A DNA stretch of 63,992 bases, counting the filler, from Acidimicrobiia bacterium (GTDB lineage Bacteria > Actinomycetota > Acidimicrobiia > Spongiisociales > CAZKJJ01), in assembly GCA_046759765.1 (NCBI GenBank). It is 11 parts of 11 records of this genome, joined end to end, with 100 filler letters (N's around TTAATTAATTAA, not from the genome) between each part and the next. Parts side by side here need not be neighbours in the genome. Positions count along the whole stretch, not along the records: positions 37,787 to 43,676 come from JBHICV010000144.1; positions 43,777 to 49,655 come from JBHICV010000145.1; positions 49,756 to 55,614 come from JBHICV010000146.1; 8 more parts are not named here. One strand, given 5' to 3'. Shown here one piece after another: positions 40,750 through 49,958 of the stretch. Position 1 is the first letter of the stretch; the number at the start of each line of letters is the position of its first letter. Under the pieces are notes generated by a model. That model was not told where the DNA came from. It saw nothing but the letters and a program-made list of their open reading frames with translations, and did no database searches. Position numbers and translations under genes: made by a program.

Positions 40750-40805
40750 TTGCATAAACGCCCGACCAGCGTTATGTTTTGTCGACCTTTGTGAACGAAA
40801 TCACA
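40750..40805 (+). promoter_or_regulatory. whiB promoter (-35/-10) with a CRP/GlxR-type box
   Basis: TTGCAT(40750)-N17-TATGTT(40773); perfect TGTGA-N6-TCACA at 40790-40805. Confidence 0.7.
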
Positions 40806-40830
40806 ACCTGAAACGTCCGGAGAAGCCGCT

Positions 40831-41100
40831 TTGTTGACCGTAACCACTGACTGGCGCGAGGTCGCGGCCTGCCGCGATTCGGAGCCGGAGCTGTTCTTTC
40901 CCATTGGCACAACGGGTCTGGCGCTGCGACACATCGCAGAAGCCAAGGCCATCTGTGCCGAATGCACAGTGCGCGAGGAGTGCCTGCAGTATGCCTTCGA
41001 GGCCAACCAGGAGGCCGGTGTCTGGGGCGGATATGCCGAAGATGAACGCCGGCGACTGCGCAAGCGCTGGCTGGCCGAACGACGGCGCCGCGCCAGCTAG
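40831..41100 (+). CDS. whiB: WhiB family Fe-S transcriptional regulator (WhiB1-like)
   Basis: DWREVAACRDSEPELFFPIG...ICAECTVREECL...GVWGG. Confidence 0.93.
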   Translation: MLTVTTDWREVAACRDSEPELFFPIGTTGLALRHIAEAKAICAECTVREECLQYAFEANQEAGVWGGYAEDERRRLRKRWLAERRRRAS

Positions 41101-41318
41101 CCGAAACCGACGCTGACCTCGCTCTCCTGCACTTCAATCGCCACGTAGGCGATTGAACGCACGGGTATCCCTACCTTTCGGCCTTTGATGTCCTTGTACC
41201 AGAGGATGGTCGCGTCTCCGGCTAGCGCGGCCTCGAGTCCCTGCGAGAAGGCGCCCTCGTCGTCGATCTCGATCTCCAATTCACGCTCAACGTCGCAGAC
41301 GCCGATCTGAACCAGCAC
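41097..41318 (-). CDS. DUF3107 family protein
   Basis: VQIGVCDVERELEIE...DIKGRKVGIP...IAYV...VGFG. Confidence 0.85.
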   Translation of the reverse strand: MLVQIGVCDVERELEIEIDDEGAFSQGLEAALAGDATILWYKDIKGRKVGIPVRSIAYVAIEVQESEVSVGFG

Positions 41319-41438
41319 GCCTCAAACTCCTCTTCGGGACCGCCATCGTACCGGACTCGACCGTCGCGCCGACGCGGGCCGTCTATCGTAAGTTTGTGCT
41401 AGATAGCGATAGACAGTGTTGGTCTAGGTGGCTAACGT

Positions 41439-42125
41439 ATGGGGGTGGGACTCTTTGGCATAGCCGCGGCGAATCTCGTCGCGTTGTTAGTTCTTCATCG
41501 CCTTGGCCCTTCGCCGCGTTTGAGCGACGTTGCCGGTTGGCTGGCCACCGCCCGCATTGAGGAGGTGCTGATGCTGGGGTTGCGGTGGACCGGCCTGGCG
41601 CTCGCCTACTGGATCGCACTGTCGGTATTGGTAGCCGGGCTGGCGTCGATACGGCGGGGAACCCGGTTCGGGCTGGTGGCTCGCAGGCTGATGGTTCCGT
41701 TCGTGCGTCACCTCCTGGATCGGACGCTGGTGCTGGCGATTGCGATAGCGCCGGTGGCGCCGTCGGTGCCGGCTTGGGCATCACCGCCGGCAGCTTTGCC
41801 GATTGAGATTCTCCCTCCTTATGTGCCGGTCCCGGCGGGTCCGGAGAAGGACGAAACGGAGACGCGGGAGCCGCCTGACAATCCGGCGATTATCCCTGCA
41901 TTGCCAGGTGTGACCTCTCCCGCTCCGGGTGACACTTACGTGGTCGTCAAGGGCGACAACCTGTGGCGGATCGCCTGCCGGCAGGTCCGGGCGGAGACAG
42001 GAGGCAAGCCGACGAGCAGCCAAATCGTCCCTTACTGGTTGGAGCTGATCGAGCTGAACCGGGACCGCCTCCGCTCGGGCGACCCGGACTTGATCTACCC
42101 AGGCGAGGAGCTCTTGCTGCCGTAA
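41439..42125 (+). CDS. Membrane-anchored LysM protein
   Basis: N-terminal TM segments; YVVVKGDNLWRIA...LN...DPDLIYPGEELLLP. Confidence 0.85.
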   Translation: MGVGLFGIAAANLVALLVLHRLGPSPRLSDVAGWLATARIEEVLMLGLRWTGLALAYWIALSVLVAGLASIRRGTRFGLVARRLMVPFVRHLLDRTLVLAIAIAPVAPSVPAWASPPAALPIEILPPYVPVPAGPEKDETETREPPDNPAIIPALPGVTSPAPGDTYVVVKGDNLWRIACRQVRAETGGKPTSSQIVPYWLELIELNRDRLRSGDPDLIYPGEELLLP

Positions 42126-42213
42126 CCCAGCCTGGAATCGTTTCCAGATGCGTTCCTGACAATGGACGCGTCGGAAAGCGACGCGTGGATTGACACGAAA
42201 CCCACGGACCGCC

Positions 42214-42618
42214 TCAGCCTGGCAGGAACGAGAGCCGCACCGAGCGGCGAGGGTTGTCGACGTTGGTGTCGACCAGCACGACCGACTGCCAGGTGCCCAG
42301 CGTCATGCGTCCGTCCACAACGGGGATAGTCAGGCTCGAGCTCAGCAGGGCCGGCACCAGGTGGTCCGCCCCGTGGCCCTCGGAGCCGTGGCTATGCCGC
42401 CAGCGGTCGTCGCGAGGAAGCACACTATCGACGGCATCGAGGAAGTCGCTCTCGCTTCCCGCGCCGGTCTCCATCAGGACCAGGGCCGCGGTGGCGTGAG
42501 GGACAAACACAGACAGCAGGCCGTCCCCCTTACCCGCCACGAAACCAGCTACCTCATCGGTGAGATCGACTAATGCACGCCGACCACCGGTTGCGATCGA
42601 GAGTACCTCAGAGTCCAC
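42214..42618 (-). CDS. YjbQ/UPF0047 family protein
   Basis: HATAAL..E, H.HG..GHGADH, LGTWQ. Confidence 0.9.
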   Translation of the reverse strand: MDSEVLSIATGGRRALVDLTDEVAGFVAGKGDGLLSVFVPHATAALVLMETGAGSESDFLDAVDSVLPRDDRWRHSHGSEGHGADHLVPALLSSSLTIPVVDGRMTLGTWQSVVLVDTNVDNPRRSVRLSFLPG

Positions 42619-42627
42619 GCTCGGACC

Positions 42628-43676
42628 CTAACTCGGAGGGAGGATCTCGACCTGGGTGATCCGGCGCCGGCGGGCGGCCGCCACTACCAGCCGTCTCCCG
42701 CAGACGTGGACGGCGTCGCCGATCTGAAGCACCTCGCCGGCTTCACTCATCATCAGGCCCGCCACCGTCATGTAGTCGCCCTCGGGCAGCTCCGCGCCGA
42801 TCAAGTCAGCAAAGTCGGAGGCGGGCAGGGCGGCGCTGATGATCCAGTGGTTCTCCCCTACCGGGATCACCTGCGGCGCCTCTCCTTCCTCGCTGATGGT
42901 CCCCAACAACTCCTCCGCCACATCCTCGACGGTGACCAGCCCGGCCGTGCCTCCGTACTCGTCGACGACCACGGCCATGTGCTTGCCCGACCGTTGCATA
43001 TCCTCCAGCAGATCGATGACCCGCTTCGACTCCGGCACGACCAGGGGCGGGTCGGCGATCTCGTCCACGGACTCCACTCCCTCGTCACGGGCTCGGACCA
43101 ACTCCCTCAGCTTGATCACCCCGGTGATGTTCTCGATCGTCCCTTCAAAGACGGGCAGTCTGCGATGGCCGGTAGCCACCGCCACGTCGAGGGCCTCGTC
43201 CGTCGAGGTACCGGCAGCCACAGCCACTATGTCGGGTCGCGGCACCATGATGTCGTCGGCGCGCTGGTCGCCGAACCGGAACGCCCGCTCGATAAGAGTG
43301 CGGTCGTCCTCGGTGATCTCGCCTTCGACCGCGGCATGCGAAGCCAGCCGCCGCAGCTCGTCCTCCGTCACTGTCGGTGTCGTAATCCCTTTGCCCGGAA
43401 GCTGAAGATCGGCGATCCACACCAAGCCGGACACGATCGGTCGCAGGAGCCGCTCCAGCACCCCGATGGGTCTGCCCATCCTCAGCGCTACCCGATCCGG
43501 ATGCTGGACGGCGTAGGTCTTGGGAATCGCCTCTCCATAGACGAAGAGCAACAGAGTCAGCGCGATCGACGCCAGGGTGATGCCGAGGTTGCCGAACCAT
43601 CGCTGTGCCAGCACCCCGACGACGGTGGCTGCGCCGATCTGGGCCAAGAGGGCCGCGAGAAGAATCGCGTTCAGCA
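42628..43676 (-). CDS. CNNM/hemolysin family CBS-domain protein (5' truncated)
   Basis: GEAIPKTYA, IMVPRPDI, AVVVDEYGGTAGLVTVED, CorC-type tail. Confidence 0.92.
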
Positions 43677-43776
43677 NNNNNNNNNNNNNNNNNNNNNNNN
43701 NNNNNNNNNNNNNNNNNNNNTTAATTAATTAANNNNNNNNNNNNNNNNNNNNNNNNNNNNNNNNNNNNNNNNNNNN

Positions 43777-44544
43777 GACCGGCTCGGCGGCCTCGGCGAT
43801 GGGTTCTTCGACTGGCTCGGGGGTCTCCTCGGCTGGTTCTTGGGCCGGCTCGGGGGCCTCGGCGGCAGGCTCTGCGGCCGCCTGCCTGGCTGCTGGGGCC
43901 CAAGGATCCAGTTCAGGTTCCGCTGGAGCCACTTCGCTCACCGAAGCTGCGTCCTCGATCATCCAGGGCGGATTCTCATCGAGCACGTCTTCTCCGGCGG
44001 CCTCGGCGACCCCCGTGGTCGGCTCCTGAGTCGGCCTTTCGCCCTCCTCGGCTGGCTCTTCGCGCCGAATCGACGAGAGAGCCGCGGCGAGCATTTGCGA
44101 GAAGCCCCGGGCCTTGGTCTCGGGAGGAACCTCGTCCGGCTCCCAAGCCGGAGGTTCGTCGGCGCCGGGCTCGTCTTCGTCGGCCACAGAGGTCACTTCG
44201 GGTATTGACAGGGCCTTGAGCTCGCTCTCGGCGACCGGGGCTTCGCCTTCGTCGGCGGAGATCGTCTCGTCCCGCTCCACCTCGGTCTTCGCCTCGGCGG
44301 CCGGAGGCTCGGGCTCAAAGTCGGGTTCGGTTTCAACCGTCTCAGAGGGAGCCTCTTCTACGGCATTCTCAGAGGCATCGGCCGCGGTCGCTTCGTCCGC
44401 AGGAGTGATTGGCTCCACCTCCTCGACCGCGGCGATCTCCTCGGCCTCCGCCGGCTCAGTTGTTGTCTCTTCTGGCGCCTCGAGCTCTACTTCCTCGACG
44501 GGTATCCCCCAAGGGTCGGCGCTGCTGAAATCTGTATCCCCCAC
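43777..44544 (-). CDS. Acidic Glu/Pro/Ala-rich low-complexity protein (3' truncated)
   Basis: Long open frame, strongly EPA-biased; divergent from trmD. Confidence 0.6.
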
Positions 44545-44603
44545 GACAGCCTCTCGACCGCGCGGCGAGGATACCCTAAAGGCGTCCCAGACCCCACGAC
44601 CCA

Positions 44604-45281
44604 GTGAGATTCACAGTCATAACCGCATTTCCGGCATTCTTCGAGTCGCCCCTGCGGGTCTCGATCGTTCGCCGTGCTATAGAGGACGGGAGCATCGATG
44701 TGACGGTGGTCGATCTGAGGTCATACGGCCTCGGTGCCTACCGCCAGCTGGACGACGCGCCCTTTGGCGGAGGAGCAGGAATGGTGATGATGGTTGAGCC
44801 TCTGGCTCGGGCCCTCGATCCACTGCGAGACAGCCACCGAATCCTCTTTGGTCCTGCGGGTCATCCCATGAAGCAAGAGGACCTCGAGCGATGGTCCGTC
44901 CTCGACCGCGTGACGCTCGTTTGTGGTCGCTACGAGGGCGTCGATCAGCGAGTCTCGGACCACCTTGTCGACGAGGAGGTCTCGCTGGGGGACTACGTGG
45001 TTGCCGGCGGGGAGGTGGCCGCGCTGGTGGTTATCGAAGGGGTGGCGCGTCTGAGGCCTGGTGTCCTGGGAAACCCTGACTCGCTTCGGTTCGAGTCTTT
45101 CCGCGGAGGACTCCTCGAGGAGCCGCAATACACGCGGCCCGCCGAGTTCCGGGGCTGGAAAGTCCCGGAGGTGCTGCTGTCCGGCGACCACGCCACGATC
45201 GATGCTTGGCGTCGCGAGCAGCGGATCGAGCGAACTCGCCGCCTTCGGCCAGATCTTGGAGGCCGTGAAGACTCGCAGTAG
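44604..45281 (+). CDS. trmD: tRNA (guanine37-N1)-methyltransferase
   Basis: DDAPFGGGAGMVM, CGRYEGVDQR, SLGDYVVAGGE, PQYTRP, VPEVLLSGDH. Confidence 0.97.
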   Translation: MRFTVITAFPAFFESPLRVSIVRRAIEDGSIDVTVVDLRSYGLGAYRQLDDAPFGGGAGMVMMVEPLARALDPLRDSHRILFGPAGHPMKQEDLERWSVLDRVTLVCGRYEGVDQRVSDHLVDEEVSLGDYVVAGGEVAALVVIEGVARLRPGVLGNPDSLRFESFRGGLLEEPQYTRPAEFRGWKVPEVLLSGDHATIDAWRREQRIERTRRLRPDLGGREDSQ

Positions 45282-45346
45282 CGGGCGTGCCGGGATAGGA
45301 TGAATGAGCCGGCCTCTTCGGGCCGGCGCACCTTCGAGGAGCTTCT

Positions 45347-45694
45347 ATGAACAAGCTCGACGACGTCGAGAGTGCCTATCTGAGAGATGACCTTCCCTCC
45401 TTCAGCCCGGGCGACACGGTCCGTGTCCATGTGCGGGTGGCGGAGGCAGGGCGCGAACGAATTCAAATCTTCGACGGGATCGTGATAGCTCGAGCCGGTG
45501 CCGGTCTCTCTGAGACGTTCACGGTCCGCAAGATCAGCTTTGGGGTCGGCGTCGAGCGCATCTTTCCCGTCCACTCACCTGTCATTTCAAAGCTCGAGAT
45601 CCTCCGCAAGGGCGACGTCCGAAGGGCCAAGCTTTATTACCTGCGCGATCGCGTCGGTCGAGCCGCACGTATCAAAGAGCTCAGGGAGAGCTAG
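45347..45694 (+). CDS. rplS: 50S ribosomal protein L19
   Basis: [37 protein letters not shown]. Confidence 0.98.
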   Translation: MNKLDDVESAYLRDDLPSFSPGDTVRVHVRVAEAGRERIQIFDGIVIARAGAGLSETFTVRKISFGVGVERIFPVHSPVISKLEILRKGDVRRAKLYYLRDRVGRAARIKELRES

Positions 45695-45699
45695 CCACC

Positions 45700-46359
45700 G
45701 TGGCTAGCGTGCCCCGGCATATGAGCCAGGACCCGGTTGAGCCTCGCGACGAGTCTCCGGAGCCCGAACCACGCAAGAAACGCTCCTTCTGGGCGGAGCT
45801 CCCGATACTGGTCCTGGTCGCGCTTGCAGTTGCAATTCTCATCAAGACCTTCCTGGTGCAGGCCTTCTACATTCCTTCCCTGTCGATGATCCCGACGCTG
45901 GAAGTCGGGGACCGAGTGCTGGTGAGCAAGATCTCATACGAGCTGGGTGAGGTCGAACGGGGAGATGTCGTGGTCTTTGACTCCCCGTTCTCGAGCAACG
46001 ATGAACGCGAGTCGTTCCTGGAGCTAGCCCGGCGAACCATCATGGAGTCTCTCGGCCTGAAGCTGGCGGCCACGCAGGACTTCATCAAGCGCGTCATCGC
46101 GGTCGAAGGGGACGTCATCGAGATCCGCAGCGGCAACTTATACGTGAACGGGCAGCCCCTCGCGGAGCCATACCTGGCTGACGGCGCGGACATGGCCGAC
46201 TTCGGACCGGAGACCGTTCCCGTCGGGACAGTCTTCGTGATGGGGGACAACCGAGCGCGCAGTCAGGACAGTCGAAGGTTCGGACCCATCGAGGTTTCGT
46301 CGATCATCGGGCGGGCTTTCGCCCGAGTTTGGCCAATCGATCGTATCGGCGGGCTGTGA
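45700..46359 (+). CDS. lepB: Signal peptidase I
   Basis: IPSLSMIPTL (catalytic Ser), FIKRVI (Lys), GDNRARSQDSR. Confidence 0.95.
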   Translation: MASVPRHMSQDPVEPRDESPEPEPRKKRSFWAELPILVLVALAVAILIKTFLVQAFYIPSLSMIPTLEVGDRVLVSKISYELGEVERGDVVVFDSPFSSNDERESFLELARRTIMESLGLKLAATQDFIKRVIAVEGDVIEIRSGNLYVNGQPLAEPYLADGADMADFGPETVPVGTVFVMGDNRARSQDSRRFGPIEVSSIIGRAFARVWPIDRIGGL

Positions 46360-46449
46360 TGTCACAGGCGGCTGGCAGGATCTAATGAAACCGACCCGTG
46401 ACCGGAGCCCGGTCGGCGGGTAGCATCGCTAAGCCGTCAGGAGAGGTGG

Positions 46450-46746
46450 ATGAACGAAGAAGATCTCGAGCGGTTCGAGTCCGAAGTCGAACTGCGGATC
46501 TATCAGGAATACCGGGATGTGCTCCCAATGTTCCGCTACGTCGTCGAAACCGAGCGCCGCTTCTACTTGGCCAACGATGTCGAAGTCGACAGACGATCCG
46601 AGGACGGGTCCGTGTACTTCGAGCTCAAGCTGGAGGATGCATGGGTCTGGGATATGTACCGACCGGCTCGGTTTCTACAGAACGTGACCGTTCTGACCTT
46701 CCGGGACGTCAATATCGAGGAGCTGGAGCCGGGCGTCACGATCTGA
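46450..46746 (+). CDS. DUF2469 family protein
   Basis: EDLERFE...EYRDV...YVVETERRFYLAN...DAWVWDMYRPARF. Confidence 0.93.
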   Translation: MNEEDLERFESEVELRIYQEYRDVLPMFRYVVETERRFYLANDVEVDRRSEDGSVYFELKLEDAWVWDMYRPARFLQNVTVLTFRDVNIEELEPGVTI

Positions 46747-47054
46747 AGGCCCTTGGCCGCGCCGGAGAATGGATCGCGGCGCGATTCCTCGAGCACCAGG
46801 GAGCGCGAATTCTCGCCAGAAACCTCACGCTTCCCGCCGGTGAGATCGATCTCCTAGTTGCTTTCGGTTGGGAACGGGCCGCCGTGGAAGTCAAGTCGGG
46901 GACGCAGGATCCCTCGGACGCCTTCACCGATCGGAAGGTTCATCATGTCTGGGACCTGGCCGCCTCGCTCGAGCCCCCCGTCCTGCGGGTCGATCTCGTG
47001 GCCGTAACGATCGGCGCGGCAGTGACGGTGCGTTGGATCCCACGCGCCGGCTAA
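46743..47054 (+). CDS. YraN family PD-(D/E)XK protein (start uncertain)
   Basis: LGRAGEWIAARFL...ILARN...GEIDL...VEVK...RVDLVAV. Confidence 0.8.
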   Translation: MKALGRAGEWIAARFLEHQGARILARNLTLPAGEIDLLVAFGWERAAVEVKSGTQDPSDAFTDRKVHHVWDLAASLEPPVLRVDLVAVTIGAAVTVRWIPRAG

Positions 47055-47248
47055 CGCGTCCGGACCTCCTTGAACCAGCAGCCACGGTGCCAGTGGCGGC
47101 GGAGGTCGGGTTCCTCTTCCGGTATGACCACCAGATGGTAGGTACCCGGCTCGATCGGTCCCTCGCAGCCAGGACATATGTACCTCTTGCGGGCCGCGTA
47201 GGGCTGGACGGGGATGACGGAGTTCCCTAGCTCGGGAGGAGTGCCCAA
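47051..47248 (-). CDS. Small putative Zn-binding protein
   Basis: YICPGC...HLVV...RRHWHRGCW. Confidence 0.7.
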   Translation of the reverse strand: MGTPPELGNSVIPVQPYAARKRYICPGCEGPIEPGTYHLVVIPEEEPDLRRHWHRGCWFKEVRTR

Positions 47249-47340
47249 ACGACCACCGCCACTGCCGCCACGATGGCAACCGCGACGACGATGAGGTCGA
47301 CAACGCCTCGGCGGGATCTCCGAAAGGGATCAAAGCCCAT
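47227..47340 (-). CDS. Small single-TM protein (37 aa), absent from the ORF track
   Basis: MGFDPFRRSRRGVVDLIVVAVAIVAAVAVVVWALLPS; GGAG upstream. Confidence 0.6.
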   Translation of the reverse strand: MGFDPFRRSRRGVVDLIVVAVAIVAAVAVVVWALLPS

Positions 47341-47433
47341 GACCTGCGCTCCCAGGTTTCAGTGTGCCCCATGGTAGGTAAACCGCCTGGCGCCCAAACG
47401 TGTTGTCCCCTCGGCCTCCTGTAGTGATCATTT

Positions 47434-47790
47434 CTACGCGGTTGCCGCGTATGGGCTCCAAGCCATCCAGCGCGGGAACTCACGCGCAAGGGACCTGCTT
47501 CCACGAATTGCCGCTTTTTCGCTTCGGATGGCGGTGAGCAAGTCCTGCCGGCGGACGAAGACTTCGTAGAGGGCCGCCGCGTCTGCCGTGACCTGAAGGT
47601 CCACGTCGATGCTGGGATCCTCGAGACAGAGCGAGACATCGTCGGGTTCCATCACCAACTAACCGCGACCCGCAGGGCCACGAAGGTTGAACTCAACGAC
47701 TACGCGTCTCGACGGAAGCTGGCTCGTGTCGGTGCGCCGGCTGATCCACAACATCAGAAGTCGGGGATCCAGTTCGTCTGGGGTCGGGTC
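47434..47790 (-). pseudogene. C-terminal remnant of an HxlR-type regulator with SCP2-like domain
   Basis: DELDPRLLMLWISRR...RRVVVEF...G*LVMEPDDVSLCLEDP...FPRWMAWSPYA; in-frame TAG at 47659-47661; no N-terminal HTH. Confidence 0.7.
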
Positions 47791-47791
47791 C

Positions 47792-48230
47792 GACATCTTC
47801 TCGGCATTCGACCAGCTAACCGACGAGCTGGACCTCGAGAAGCTGAAGACCGTGGGGGACGGATACCTGGCGGTTGGAGGATTGGCCGGTTCCAACCCGG
47901 ATGATGTGGCCGCGGTCGCCGACCTGGCTCTCGCGATGCGAAAGGAAGCAGCGAACTATGGCTCGCGCTATGGGCCTCCGGCTCCGGATCGGCATCGACA
48001 CCGGCCCCGCGATAGCGGGCGTCACCGGCCGGCGAAAGTTCAGCTGCGACGTCTGGGGTGACACGATCAATACGGTCAGCCGCATGGAGTCGTACGGCAT
48101 CCCGGACCGTATTCAGGTGACAGAACGGGTCTATGTGGAGTTGCGAGATCGATACGATTTCCAGCCGCGCGGGCTGGTCGACGTCAAGGGAAAAGGCGCC
48201 ATCCGAACCTACTTCCTCGAAGAACGTCTG
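47792..48230 (+). pseudogene. Class III adenylate cyclase catalytic-domain remnant (5' truncated, frameshifted)
   Basis: IFSAFDQL...EKLKTVGDGYL in one frame; RIGIDTGP...DVWGDTINTVSRMES...VKGKG in the next; shift near 47970. Confidence 0.8.
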
Positions 48231-48231
48231 C

Positions 48232-49221
48232 CTAGTCTGGCTGTTCCGCCAGCAGCTCTACGAGCTGATCGATGCGGCGCGTGTTCTTCTGGACTATCTG
48301 AGCTCCGAGCTCTTTGAGCGCTCGCAGGTTCTTCGGCGAGGCGTCGTCCATGTCGTCGTTGGCCCCCGCGAGCGGGGTCTGGAGGCGCAAATAGAAGCTG
48401 TCCGGCAGAGGGCTGCGCTCACGGCCGATGAGCTGGCTGATCTGAAAGTCGACCGTGTCCGTGATCCCATCGAAGGCCACGCTCAGTATCGGCCGAACCC
48501 AGCCGATTTCCCCCCATCCTTTGGCCTGCTTGTGATGGATTGGCTCGATTTGCTCACCCGTACCGAGCGACAGCACCACGAACCTGGTTGCGTCCGGGTG
48601 CAGGACGCGGGCCTCGACGAAGGCGCACATGGTCGGGTTCCCGGCGTAGACGCCGCCGTCCACCAACGAATAGACCTGGGTGTCACCCCCGATCCCCGCT
48701 AATTGGAGAGGCTCAAAGTAGGTAGGAGCCGCGGCGGTGGCTCGCGCCGCGGCTGTCATCGGGAAGTCGTATTGGGGATCGTTCTTCGCTCTGGAGCTGC
48801 GGAAGAAGAAGGCCTGGCGCGACTCGAGGTCGTAGGCCGTTATGAAGACATCGGTCAACGCCTCGCTGAGCTTCGTCTCCCCGACATATCTGTGGAGCGT
48901 TCGCTCGAGTCCGTCGGCGGGGTACTTCTCTTCCAGGAGATTCCCGAGAGCTGCCAGCCGGTGGAGCAGCGAGCGTTTGAAGATGCCGGGGCCGTCTTGG
49001 GTATACAGCTGAGCGAGTTCGGCCGCGCGGTGCGGGAGGCCATTAGTACCGGGCCGCGTCAGCCCGAGGGTGAGCAGGCCCCCGGTAGACGTCCCTGCCA
49101 TGAGGTCGAAGAGCTCGTGGATACGCTTTCCAGATCGTTGCTCGATCTCGGCCAGCACCACCGCAGGGATGATTCCCCTGATGCCGCCTCCGTCGATAGA
49201 AAGCACCCGTACAGCTCTCAT
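48232..49221 (-). CDS. Patatin-like phospholipase
   Basis: DGGGIRG, GTSTG nucleophile, AAPTYF, DGG. Confidence 0.93.
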   Translation of the reverse strand: MRAVRVLSIDGGGIRGIIPAVVLAEIEQRSGKRIHELFDLMAGTSTGGLLTLGLTRPGTNGLPHRAAELAQLYTQDGPGIFKRSLLHRLAALGNLLEEKYPADGLERTLHRYVGETKLSEALTDVFITAYDLESRQAFFFRSSRAKNDPQYDFPMTAAARATAAAPTYFEPLQLAGIGGDTQVYSLVDGGVYAGNPTMCAFVEARVLHPDATRFVVLSLGTGEQIEPIHHKQAKGWGEIGWVRPILSVAFDGITDTVDFQISQLIGRERSPLPDSFYLRLQTPLAGANDDMDDASPKNLRALKELGAQIVQKNTRRIDQLVELLAEQPD

Positions 49222-49304
49222 TCTTCCCTCCTAGGCCAGTTCAAAGACCCACTATGAGCGCTCGCTGTCTTCGGACTGTCTCGCTCGCCGCTCCGAGGAT
49301 GGGC

Positions 49305-49655
49305 CTACCCGTCAGGATCTAGCTCGTCGAAGGCCTCCTGACCTGTGAGCCGGACGAAGTAGGCCGGTACGACGGCCCTAACGCGGTTGAGACGCCCCTC
49401 AGTCCTGCGATAGAGAGTGACCATCTCGTTGCCGCCCGGCCCGATGGGTTGCACCAGCCTCCCGCCATCACGCAGTTGTCTGGCAAGTGGTACGGGAACC
49501 TCGGGGAAAGCCGCTGAGACCAGGACCGCATCAAACGGTGCCACCTCCGAGAGCCCCAGCGAGCCGTCCCCGACGTGGATGTCAACATTGGTAATCCCAT
49601 GCCGTGAGAGATGTGTTCGTGCCTGGCTGGCAAGGTCCGACCATCGCTCGATGCT
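49305..49655 (-). CDS. pcm: Protein-L-isoaspartate O-methyltransferase (5' truncated)
   Basis: VGDGSLG, APFDAVLVSAAF, QLRDGGRLVQPIG, FVRL. Confidence 0.85.
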   Translation of the reverse strand, partial: SIERWSDLASQARTHLSRHGITNVDIHVGDGSLGLSEVAPFDAVLVSAAFPEVPVPLARQLRDGGRLVQPIGPGGNEMVTLYRRTEGRLNRVRAVVPAYFVRLTGQEAFDELDPDG

Positions 49656-49755
49656 NNNNNNNNNNNNNNNNNNNNNNNNNNNNNNNNNNNNNNNNNNNNT
49701 TAATTAATTAANNNNNNNNNNNNNNNNNNNNNNNNNNNNNNNNNNNNNNNNNNNN

Positions 49756-49958
49756 CACCGGCTCAATGCTGCGCCGCTCGTCTGCTTTCGCCGTCGCCAG
49801 GACAGGTCGGCGCCGATGGCGCCCGCGGCCGCCATGCCGACGAGGAAGGTGCGGTTGAAGCGATCGGGCAGAGCACCGGCGACGGCAGCGGCCACCGATC
49901 CGATGAGAATCGCCAACGCCGTTATCCGGGCCCACCCTGCCTTGGTGATGTCGCTCAC
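49756..49958 (-). CDS. Membrane protein downstream of DUF58 (3' truncated)
   Basis: GTG start overlapping the DUF58 stop; hydrophobic segments. Confidence 0.5.

Noticed and set aside
47659..47661. In-frame TAG as possible pyrrolysine or stop-codon readthrough
   Set aside because: It falls where Trp (TGG) is expected in a gene that also lacks its 5' end, so a nonsense mutation is simpler; other genes here use TAG as a normal stop
47792..49221. Cyclase next to a patatin phospholipase, suggesting a CBASS- or Pycsar-like defence system
   Set aside because: The cyclase is a broken class III adenylate cyclase fragment, not a CD-NTase; the genes are convergent; the patatin has no cyclic-nucleotide sensor domain
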